64,000 nucleotides of DNA from Sedimentisphaerales bacterium (lineage in GTDB: Bacteria; Planctomycetota; Phycisphaerae; Sedimentisphaerales; SM23-30), in the NCBI GenBank assembly GCA_963663965.2, contig CAXXFK010000031.1:1-64000 (forward strand), read 5' to 3'. The number at the start of each line of letters is the position of its first letter. Positions within the stretch are counted from its first letter, which is position 1. Of the stretch, positions 50,788 to 59,323 are shown one piece after another. A program made the translations under genes and the position numbers. Under the pieces are notes generated by a model. It made no database searches. It worked only from the letters and a program-made list of their open reading frames with translations, and was not told the origin of the DNA.

Positions 50788-52200
50788 ATGAATCGACAAA
50801 ACATCGCTATTCTAATTGCCTTTGGGCTACTAACGGCGGGCTATATAACGCTGGATAGATGGGTTCTGTCTGTACCAGTTAAGTTGGAGATCAGAGAGCC
50901 AGGCGCCGATGGAATACCGGAAGGCGCTTTTGTCGAATCCGGAGAAGAGGCCTGGGAATTTAAGGGGGAATTAACCAAGGGCGATGGGAAGGCGTCCGAT
51001 ATACTAGAAAGTTGGAGTATGTTTCGGGGCGACGATTGTCAGATGTATTACGATAATTCAGCAATTGACCTGGCCCGGGAGTGGCCTGAAAACGGTCCAC
51101 CGGTTATCTGGGATATTCCGGTTGGCGATGGTTATGCTGGGGCGGCAATACGTCAAGGCAGGGTGTATTTACTGGATTATGATGAGAAAAATCAGGGGGA
51201 TGTAATCCGGTGTTTATCGCTTGATGATGGTCAAGAAATCTGGCGCTATTTTTATTCGGTCAAGGTCAAGCGGGATCATGGCATGAGCCGGACCGTACCG
51301 GCAGTAACAGATGAGTATGTTGTGACGCTTGGACCCCGAGCCCAGGTGGTCTGTTTGAAGGCGGAAACCGGCGAGTATGTCTGGCATATCGATCTGGTGA
51401 GCGCTTACGGCACCGAAGTCCCTTTATGGCACGCGGCCCAGTGTCCGGTAATCGAAGATGGCCGGGCAATTATAGCGCCGGCTGGACCCAAAGGCTTGAT
51501 GATTGCGGTGGAGTGTTCTTCAGGAGACATTGTGTGGACGGCGGCCAATCCGGATAACTGGGAGATGACCCATACCTCCATATTGCCGGTTAAGATCAAC
51601 GATCAGGCGATGTATGTCTATTGCGGCGGCGGGGGTGTGGCAGGGGTGGCCAAAGAGGATGGACATCTTTTATGGAAAAATACCGATTGGAAAATGCGTA
51701 CTAATGTACCCTCACCGCTCTACTTGGGGGAAAGCCGGTTTTATTTATGTGCCGGATATAACAAGGGAAGCATGACCATGGATGTAAAGTGGGAAGGTGA
51801 CCGCTGGCAAGCAGAAACGGTTAACCAGTTCCCGGTAAAGGTATTCGGAACCGTGCAACACAGTCCGGTGTATTACCAGGGCCATCTTTATGGAATCCGT
51901 GAAAAAGGCAAGCAATTGATATGCCTGGATCGAAATGGTGCGATCGTCTGGGAAAGCGGCAGCGCTCATACCTTTGGGGATGGACCGGTTCTGCTGGCAA
52001 ATGGATTAATTTATATTCTGGATGATGATGGCACCCTGTTTATGATAGAGGCCTCGCAGGAAGGCTATCGAGAACTGGGCCAGGCGCAGGTATTTAACGG
52101 TCATGATGCCTGGGGACCGATGGCCATGGTGGCCGGCAGATTGATATTGCGGGATTTCGATGAGATGAAGTGTCTGGATATGAGGCAAAATACGAATTGA
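50788..52200 (+). CDS. Membrane-anchored PQQ-like (BamB-like) beta-propeller protein
   Basis: N-terminal TM helix, WSMFRG, and repeated ..G...W propeller blades. Confidence 0.85.
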   Translation: MNRQNIAILIAFGLLTAGYITLDRWVLSVPVKLEIREPGADGIPEGAFVESGEEAWEFKGELTKGDGKASDILESWSMFRGDDCQMYYDNSAIDLAREWPENGPPVIWDIPVGDGYAGAAIRQGRVYLLDYDEKNQGDVIRCLSLDDGQEIWRYFYSVKVKRDHGMSRTVPAVTDEYVVTLGPRAQVVCLKAETGEYVWHIDLVSAYGTEVPLWHAAQCPVIEDGRAIIAPAGPKGLMIAVECSSGDIVWTAANPDNWEMTHTSILPVKINDQAMYVYCGGGGVAGVAKEDGHLLWKNTDWKMRTNVPSPLYLGESRFYLCAGYNKGSMTMDVKWEGDRWQAETVNQFPVKVFGTVQHSPVYYQGHLYGIREKGKQLICLDRNGAIVWESGSAHTFGDGPVLLANGLIYILDDDGTLFMIEASQEGYRELGQAQVFNGHDAWGPMAMVAGRLILRDFDEMKCLDMRQNTN

Positions 52201-52233
52201 CAAGCTGCTGACAGCCATTTTAATATTAACAAC

Positions 52234-53253
52234 ATGCAAAACACAAAAACACAACCCGTTATTATTACCATCCTGTTGGTGGCTGTGGGAGTGGGTGTTT
52301 ACTCTGCTATCACATTGGATCCCTCGGGAAGTAAAGGGAATCGTCTGGGAAACTCGTTTGAATATGATTTATCGGAAGACCGGAAAATCGCTGCGGAACT
52401 TTATGGTTTTCATCAGATAAATGCGCTAAAGGATGAACGATTTAAATGGGCGGGTGGACTGGCAATCGATCATAACAACCTTATATATATCGCTGGCAAG
52501 GAATCGATTCTGATACTGGACCGAGAATTGAAAATTTCTCGTTCACTGAAAGTTGAGAGCGGGATTCAGGCATTGACTACTGCTGAGGATGGTTCCATCT
52601 TTACCGCCGATCAAAACAGGATTCGGATTTATGGCAGGGATGGGGCATTGATACGACAGTGGCCAATAGAAGGGGATAACACCTACCTGACTTCGATCAC
52701 GGTCGGTGAGAATGATGTATTCGTTGCCGATAAAGGGCAACGAGTGGTTTGGCGATATCAGAAATCGGGTGAATTCGTCAACGAGATCGGGCGCCGGGAT
52801 GATGCGCGTAACATACCCGGCTTCAGCATTCCCAGTCCATATTTTGAAGTCGCGATTGCCGGAGATGGATTATTGAGGGTTACCAATCCGGGATCACACT
52901 GGATTGTGGCGTATACATTTGATGGCGACCGGGAATTCGCCTGGGGGGAGAGCGGCCGGTCGATAGAGGGATTCTGCGGATGTTGTAATCCATCCCATTT
53001 CGCGATTTTTCCGGATGGGCGTTTTGTGACCAGCGAGAAAGGGATTACCCGGATCAAGGTGTATAACGCGGAGGGGAAATTTGAATCGGTGGTGGCGGGT
53101 CCTGCTGAATTTATGGATCATGACGGGTTGGTCAGTGAGTTGAAAGGCGAAGCGGACCGGGTGGCGCTCGAGGTGGGGGTTACCAATGATGGAGAAGTGG
53201 TTGTGCTGGATCCATTGGTGGGTGAAGTGAGGATTTTTGCCGAGAAAAAATAG
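52234..53253 (+). CDS. Membrane-anchored NHL-repeat beta-propeller protein with FCGCCNP motif
   Basis: N-terminal TM helix, NHL-like blades and GFCGCCNPSHF. Confidence 0.8.
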   Translation: MQNTKTQPVIITILLVAVGVGVYSAITLDPSGSKGNRLGNSFEYDLSEDRKIAAELYGFHQINALKDERFKWAGGLAIDHNNLIYIAGKESILILDRELKISRSLKVESGIQALTTAEDGSIFTADQNRIRIYGRDGALIRQWPIEGDNTYLTSITVGENDVFVADKGQRVVWRYQKSGEFVNEIGRRDDARNIPGFSIPSPYFEVAIAGDGLLRVTNPGSHWIVAYTFDGDREFAWGESGRSIEGFCGCCNPSHFAIFPDGRFVTSEKGITRIKVYNAEGKFESVVAGPAEFMDHDGLVSELKGEADRVALEVGVTNDGEVVVLDPLVGEVRIFAEKK

Positions 53254-53303
53254 TATGCTAAAATAGGGTTTCGCAATAAGCGAAATTTTTAGAGAGAATT
53301 GCC

Positions 53304-53879
53304 ATGAATCTAAAAGAGACAAAACCAATTATTGATCGCCGAGCCTGGTTAAAGACCATGGTTCGGAGCGGCTGTTTTGTGGGGCTGGCCGGATTAGGCT
53401 GGCGCGCGACCAGTATGGCAGGTTCCGATCAACTGGTCTGGCAGATCGATCCATTGAAATGCATTTCCTGTGGCAATTGCGCAACCTACTGCGTATTGAA
53501 AGAGTCAGCAGTAAAATGTGTGCACAATCATGAAATGTGCGGCTATTGCAATCTTTGTACCGGTTATTATAAATCAGAACCGCAGGAACTGGATACGGCG
53601 GCAGAGAATCAGATGTGCCCGACCGGCGCGATCATCCGCAGATTTGTAGAAAAACCGTATTTTGAATATAACATTGATGAGGCTCTCTGCATTGGTTGCG
53701 GCAAATGTGTCAAGGGCTGCAATGCATTTGGAAATGGTTCATTATTTTTACAAGTGAGACATGATCGTTGTCTGAACTGTAACCAATGCGCGATCGCGGA
53801 GTCTTGTCCGGCGGATGCTTTTCGGCGGGTACCGGCTCACAATCCTTATATCAAGAAAGGATTCGACAAGACGGAATGA
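53304..53879 (+). CDS. Tat-exported polyferredoxin (NapG/MauM-like)
   Basis: DRRAWLK Tat motif; four CxxCxxC-type motifs plus CP motifs. Confidence 0.85.
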   Translation: MNLKETKPIIDRRAWLKTMVRSGCFVGLAGLGWRATSMAGSDQLVWQIDPLKCISCGNCATYCVLKESAVKCVHNHEMCGYCNLCTGYYKSEPQELDTAAENQMCPTGAIIRRFVEKPYFEYNIDEALCIGCGKCVKGCNAFGNGSLFLQVRHDRCLNCNQCAIAESCPADAFRRVPAHNPYIKKGFDKTE

Positions 53880-55174
53880 AAAAGCGATTGGTCCTGTTAT
53901 TGAGCCTGATATTGCTGAGCATCCTTTTCAGCGGGCTGTTCGCCGTGCAGAATTTTCCACCACCGGAATTTGAATCGGATTATCAAATGCCGATTCTGAC
54001 ATTGATGGAGCAGGGTCGGGCCAGTGTCAGCTGGGCGGATGTCGTGATTATGGCCGTGGCGTTGGCAATCACCAGCTGGCTGGTATTGAAAAAACGTTCT
54101 CGACAGGGAATCTGGCTGGTGATGATATTTTCGCTGGTTTACTTTGGATTCTGGAAAAAAGGATGTATCTGTCCCATCGGAGCCATTCAGAATATGGCGT
54201 TGGGCCTGTTTAGTGACGGATACGCGGTCCCCCTTACGGTGATTATTATTTTTTTGTTGCCGCTGGTATTTGCCCTGTTTTCGGGACGGGTGTTTTGCGC
54301 CGGAGTCTGTCCGTTGGGCGCGATCCAGGATGTGGTTGCGTTTTTCCCGATCCAGATTCCGATGTGGCTGGAAAAGGTCTTGCAGGCCATCGCGTGGTTG
54401 TATCTAACCCTGGCCATTCTGTTGGCGGCGATGGGCAGTGGATTTATAATTTGCCGTTATGATCCATTTGTTCCCTTCTTTCGCATGTCTGGCAGTTTTC
54501 AGATCTTATTGCTGGGGGGGGCATTGCTGGTTGTCGGTTTATTTGTGGCCAGGCCCTATTGCCGGTTTTTGTGCCCCTATGGTGTATTACTTGGCTGGCT
54601 GTCGAAAGTATCCAGACGCCATTTAACCATCACTCCCAGAGATTGTATTCAGTGCCGCCTGTGTGAGGACAGTTGTCCATTTAACGCTATCGAAAAACCG
54701 CTTAATTATTCATCGTCCCAGGTATCGGCCAGAGCGCGGATACGATTGATTCTGGCAGTCCTGTCAGTGCCTGTTCTGGCGTTGCTGCTGGGGTGGGCGG
54801 GACGCGGCCTTTCGGGCAAGCTGTCACAGAGTCATTACTGGGTCAGGCTGGCTCAAGAGTATCGTTTGGAAGAAATGGGGGTGGTCACTGAGCCATCCGA
54901 TATGACGGACGCATTTCGAACCACTGGATGGACGCGCGATCAGCTTTATGAGAAGGCAGAAACCATCCGTCAGGGATTTGACCGGGGGTGCCGTTGGGCT
55001 GGAATATTGCTTGGAATCGCCCTGGGGATACGACTGGTACGGATGCAGGTTTACGACCGGCATGATGATTACCGGGCGGAAGCGGGGCGTTGTTTATCGT
55101 GTGGACGATGTCTGGAGTATTGTCCGGTGGGCCGGGCTGATGAAACTGTGGTGTTTCGAACTTGTAATCCATGA
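53876..55174 (+). CDS. Membrane 4Fe-4S protein (NapH/MauN/YccM-like)
   Basis: Multiple TM helices, CICP, CAGVCP, CRFLCP and two CxxCxxCxxxCP motifs; ATGA overlap with the upstream ferredoxin. Confidence 0.88.
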   Translation: MKKRLVLLLSLILLSILFSGLFAVQNFPPPEFESDYQMPILTLMEQGRASVSWADVVIMAVALAITSWLVLKKRSRQGIWLVMIFSLVYFGFWKKGCICPIGAIQNMALGLFSDGYAVPLTVIIIFLLPLVFALFSGRVFCAGVCPLGAIQDVVAFFPIQIPMWLEKVLQAIAWLYLTLAILLAAMGSGFIICRYDPFVPFFRMSGSFQILLLGGALLVVGLFVARPYCRFLCPYGVLLGWLSKVSRRHLTITPRDCIQCRLCEDSCPFNAIEKPLNYSSSQVSARARIRLILAVLSVPVLALLLGWAGRGLSGKLSQSHYWVRLAQEYRLEEMGVVTEPSDMTDAFRTTGWTRDQLYEKAETIRQGFDRGCRWAGILLGIALGIRLVRMQVYDRHDDYRAEAGRCLSCGRCLEYCPVGRADETVVFRTCNP

Positions 55175-55202
55175 ATACCCATAGAGAGAGACGGATATTG
55201 CT

Positions 55203-56975
55203 ATGACTGATAATCAAGAGGAAAATAAACAGGACCGTGGTCTCTGGTATCAGGTCTGTTTGAACCTGGCGATTGTTGCCGGGGTTCTGATGATTGGGGC
55301 CCTTTTTGTGCTGGCGCGCGACTGGAGTCCAACGATGACCGCCAGTACTATCGATTCGGAGGTAATTGAGTCGCTGCGCAAGGAACTGGCTGATCATCCT
55401 GATAATATGGCGTTGCGGGAGAGGGTGCGGTCTTATGACCGGGAGTTGCGGGAGGTGTTTTTTACGCAACAACAACGGGCCAAGCGGGCTGGCATATTTC
55501 TGGTATTTTGCGGGGGCATACTGGCTTTGACAATGAAATATGTGATCGATCAGAATACCGCCCTGCCGATGCCGCAGGGCAAGCATGATTCCACCCGTTA
55601 TGGGTTTAAAAACGCCATGGCCGGACACGCCTTTGTGCTGGTGGCAGTGAGTGTGGTGGTATTTATGGCGGTGCGCCCGAATCCCGCGCCGACTCTGCCC
55701 GGGGCCGAATCTACTGTTAGCAGTGCCCCGGGAGATGATACCATTAGTCAAGAAGAACAGCCTGTTGCCAAGCTGACCCAGGTGGTCTGGCCGGATAAGG
55801 AGCAGTTCAAGAAAAACTGGTATCGATTCAGAGGGCCGGGAGGTTCGGGGATATCGCCGTGGGATAATGTTCCACTCACGTGGAATATCGAAAGTGGTGA
55901 GAATATTTTATGGAAACTCCCCATTGAAATGCCGGGGAATAACTCGCCAGTGATCTGGGAAAATCTGCTTTTTTTCAGTTGCGCCGATGAAACGCAGCGA
56001 ATTGTTTATGCGGTCGATTGTGTCAAGGGTGACTATCTCTGGCAAACGGCTATTGTCGTTCCCGGAGGGCCGGAGGAAGCGCCGGAGGTTATGGAAGAGA
56101 CCGGCTTTGCCGCGCCTACGTGTGCGACGGATGATCAACGAGTCTATGCCATGTTTGCCAACGGTGATGTGGCGGCAGTGGGACATGACGGAGCCATCGT
56201 CTGGGCGAAGAACCTGGGAATCCCTGAGAGTACCTATGGTCATTCGGCTTCGCTGGAATTATATCAGGGATTACTGCTGATTCAATTCGATCAGGGATAT
56301 GAAGATGAGGAGAAATCAAAGGTATTTGCCCTGGATGTGTTAACGGGCAAAGTGATCTGGTCACATACCAGGCCGGTAGCCAATCAGTGGTCCAGTCCGA
56401 TTGTGGCCCATACCGGGGGGCGGGATCAGTTTATTACAATATCCAATCCGTGGGCGATTGCCTACGAGCCTTTGAAGGGCGAGGTGCTCTGGCAATCCAA
56501 ATGTCTGGCGGGTGATGTGGCGCCCTCGCCAGTCTGCGCGAATGACCTGGTATATCTGATTACTCCTTATGAGGCTGTCAGGGCTTATAAAACCGATGGT
56601 CAGGGTGATGTCACCGAGACAAAGCTGGCCTGGGAAGGGATGGATAATATCGGTGATACCTGTTCACCTCTGACAAATGGCGTCTATCTCTATCTATTGT
56701 ATGGTATGGATCTGGTGTGTTATAAAGCGGATAACGGTGAAGTGCTGTGGACACATTCTTTTGATAATGAATATACTTCATCCCCATCTTTAGTGGGCGA
56801 CAAACTACTGTTAATGGATATAGAAGGTGAGGTGGCCATGGTTAAGGTGGGGGATGAATTTGCCCTGGATCATACTGGTCATCTGGGTGAACCGGTATTT
56901 ACCTGTCCAGCATTTGCGGATGGGAAAATTTTTGTGCGTTGCGATAAACAAATCATAGCCATAGGAGTGAAATGA
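55203..56975 (+). CDS. PQQ-like beta-propeller protein with three N-terminal TM helices
   Basis: TM segments, then WYRFRGPGGSG and propeller blades with SSP motifs. Confidence 0.85.
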   Translation: MTDNQEENKQDRGLWYQVCLNLAIVAGVLMIGALFVLARDWSPTMTASTIDSEVIESLRKELADHPDNMALRERVRSYDRELREVFFTQQQRAKRAGIFLVFCGGILALTMKYVIDQNTALPMPQGKHDSTRYGFKNAMAGHAFVLVAVSVVVFMAVRPNPAPTLPGAESTVSSAPGDDTISQEEQPVAKLTQVVWPDKEQFKKNWYRFRGPGGSGISPWDNVPLTWNIESGENILWKLPIEMPGNNSPVIWENLLFFSCADETQRIVYAVDCVKGDYLWQTAIVVPGGPEEAPEVMEETGFAAPTCATDDQRVYAMFANGDVAAVGHDGAIVWAKNLGIPESTYGHSASLELYQGLLLIQFDQGYEDEEKSKVFALDVLTGKVIWSHTRPVANQWSSPIVAHTGGRDQFITISNPWAIAYEPLKGEVLWQSKCLAGDVAPSPVCANDLVYLITPYEAVRAYKTDGQGDVTETKLAWEGMDNIGDTCSPLTNGVYLYLLYGMDLVCYKADNGEVLWTHSFDNEYTSSPSLVGDKLLLMDIEGEVAMVKVGDEFALDHTGHLGEPVFTCPAFADGKIFVRCDKQIIAIGVK

Positions 56976-59323
56976 GCGTAATCGATTTAAAGCCGGTAGA
57001 TCAGATACTTGACCAGATTGGCCGGGAACCCCATAAATTAATTCCGATATTGCAGGCGGTACAGACACAATATGGATACCTGCCTCAAGAGGCACTGGAA
57101 TCGATATGTGGGCGGACCACCATAACGCCGAGCCAAATAATGGGGGTCAGTACTTTTTACAGTCAATTTCGCTTTAAACCAGTCGGTCAGCACATTGTAC
57201 GCTTATGTAACGGTACGGCATGTCATGTTAAAGGCGCCGAAAAGGTATATCAGTCATTGCGACGCGTACTGGCGATTCCGGAGGGGGATGACACTGATCC
57301 GCAAGGTGTGTTTACAGTTGAGAAGGTGGCATGCCTGGGATGTTGTACTTTGGCTCCAGCTGTACAGATCGATGAAATTACTTATGGCCATCAGACCCCG
57401 GAATCAGTGGAGCGGATGCTAAGCGATTTTATGAATGCCAGCAAAAAAACCGGACGTGGAAGAAAGGGAATCGGTCTGACTCAGTTTGCAGGTCAGGATG
57501 GCGAGATTCGCATCGGCTTGGGTTCCTGTTGTCAGGCGCGCGGCAGTGGCCTATTACATCAATCCTTGTTACAATCCGTTGAGGATTTAAAGATTCGGGC
57601 GACCATCAAATCCGTGGGTTGCGTGGGTATGTGCCACCAAACTCCTCTGGTAGAAATTGTCAAACCGGATGGACGCAGTTTTCTTTACGCCCAAGTTGAA
57701 CCCAAGGATGCCAGGGGGATACTGGAACGGCATTTCGAACAGGATGATCTGATTATACGCTGGGGGCACAAGGCAGCCAACTGGCTGGACAGCCTGATCG
57801 AGGCCCGGCCCCATGAGCCCGTGACGCGCTATTCGATTGATGTCCGTGATAAGCCCGTTAAAGCATTTCTGGATAAGCAGATCAATATCGCCACGGAACA
57901 TTGCGGCAATATCAGTCCGGTTGATTTGTCTGAATATTTGCATAAGGGTGGCTTTAACGCGTTGAAAAAGTGTTTAACAGGCATGGATCCAGATCAGGTG
58001 ATTGAGTTTATCCGGGAAAGCGGATTACGGGGCCGGGGCGGGGCCGGCTTTTTGACGGGTCAAAAATGGCGACTGGTACAGCTGACGAAAGATGATCTGA
58101 AATACATTGTCTGCAACGGCGATGAAGGGGATCCGGGCGCATTTATGGACCGGATGCTACTGGAATCGTATCCCTTGCGGGTATTGGAGGGTATGATCAT
58201 TGCGGCGTGGGCAGTGGGGGCACATCAAGGATATCTCTATATCCGCGCGGAATATCCATTGGCAGTCAAGCGGGTGCGTGAAGCGCTGGCTGTTTGTTAT
58301 GAACATGGGTATCTAGGCAAAGATATTCTGGGCAGTGGATTTGATCTGGATCTACAGATCATGGAGGGGGCCGGCGCATTTGTCTGTGGTGAAGAGACGG
58401 CCCTGCTGGCATCAATTGAAGGTCAGCGCGGGATGCCCCGATTCCGGCCTCCCTATCCGGCAGAAAAGGGATTGTTTGGCAAGCCTACGCTGGTGAATAA
58501 TGTTGAAACCTTTTGTACGGTTTCCTGGATTATCCGTCAGGGTGCGGAAGCGTTTGGCCGGTTGGGAACATCGAGCAGTGCCGGCGCCAAAGTATTTGCG
58601 CTGGCAGGCAAAGTGGCCCGTGGCGGTTTAATCGAAGTACCAATGGGAATAACAATCAAAGAGATTGTTGAAGAAATTGGAGGCGGCGTGGCCGATGGAC
58701 GTACATTTAAAGCAGTACAGATCGGGGGGCCTTCTGGAGGATGTATTCCCGCTTCAATGTCACATCTGGGAGTCGATTATGAAGAGTTGGCACACGCGGG
58801 AGCGATTATGGGATCGGGAGGTCTGGTGGTTCTGGATGATACGGATTGTATGGTGGATATTGCCCGGTATTTTCTGGAATTTACTCAGGATCAATCCTGC
58901 GGTAAATGCACGCCCTGCCGGATCGGAACCCGACGCATGCTAGAGATTCTGGAACGGTTATGTCAGGGGACAGCCAGCCGCTCTGATCTGGATGAGCTAA
59001 AAGAGTTGGCAATATCAATTAAGCGATCCAGTTTATGCGGACTGGGACAAACGGCCCCCAATCCGGTGTTATCAACCCTGGAATTTTTCGGTGATGAATA
59101 TGAAGCGCATCTTGAGGGGCGTTGTCCGGCAGGGAAATGCACAGCCCTGATTACCTATTCAATCAATGACCGCTGTATCGGCTGTACCTTATGCGCTCAG
59201 CATTGCCCTGTAAACGCAATTAAAATGAAACCTTATGAGCGCCATATCATCGATATCCGGACCTGTATCCGCTGTGGCGGATGTAAAACGATATGTCCGG
59301 TTGATGCCGTGGAGGTGAAATAG
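56972..59323 (+). CDS. NuoE-[2Fe-2S]-NuoF fusion (HydC-HydB-like diaphorase module)
   Basis: CNGTAC/CLGCC (NuoE), GSCC...GCVGMC, RGRGGAG, GDEGDPGAFMDR, CGKCTPC and C-terminal 2x4Fe-4S. Confidence 0.93.
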   Translation: MSVIDLKPVDQILDQIGREPHKLIPILQAVQTQYGYLPQEALESICGRTTITPSQIMGVSTFYSQFRFKPVGQHIVRLCNGTACHVKGAEKVYQSLRRVLAIPEGDDTDPQGVFTVEKVACLGCCTLAPAVQIDEITYGHQTPESVERMLSDFMNASKKTGRGRKGIGLTQFAGQDGEIRIGLGSCCQARGSGLLHQSLLQSVEDLKIRATIKSVGCVGMCHQTPLVEIVKPDGRSFLYAQVEPKDARGILERHFEQDDLIIRWGHKAANWLDSLIEARPHEPVTRYSIDVRDKPVKAFLDKQINIATEHCGNISPVDLSEYLHKGGFNALKKCLTGMDPDQVIEFIRESGLRGRGGAGFLTGQKWRLVQLTKDDLKYIVCNGDEGDPGAFMDRMLLESYPLRVLEGMIIAAWAVGAHQGYLYIRAEYPLAVKRVREALAVCYEHGYLGKDILGSGFDLDLQIMEGAGAFVCGEETALLASIEGQRGMPRFRPPYPAEKGLFGKPTLVNNVETFCTVSWIIRQGAEAFGRLGTSSSAGAKVFALAGKVARGGLIEVPMGITIKEIVEEIGGGVADGRTFKAVQIGGPSGGCIPASMSHLGVDYEELAHAGAIMGSGGLVVLDDTDCMVDIARYFLEFTQDQSCGKCTPCRIGTRRMLEILERLCQGTASRSDLDELKELAISIKRSSLCGLGQTAPNPVLSTLEFFGDEYEAHLEGRCPAGKCTALITYSINDRCIGCTLCAQHCPVNAIKMKPYERHIIDIRTCIRCGGCKTICPVDAVEVK

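Noticed and set aside
50788..56975. PQQ-dependent alcohol or glucose dehydrogenases
   Set aside because: Only generic propeller repeats are seen, with no recognisable quinoprotein active-site motifs and no pqq genes or cytochrome c. Treated as PQQ-like folds only.
42084..59323. Respiratory complex I (nuo) operon
   Set aside because: Only NuoE/F/G-like soluble modules are present. The first set partners an H-cluster protein, and there are no NuoA-D or H-N subunits.
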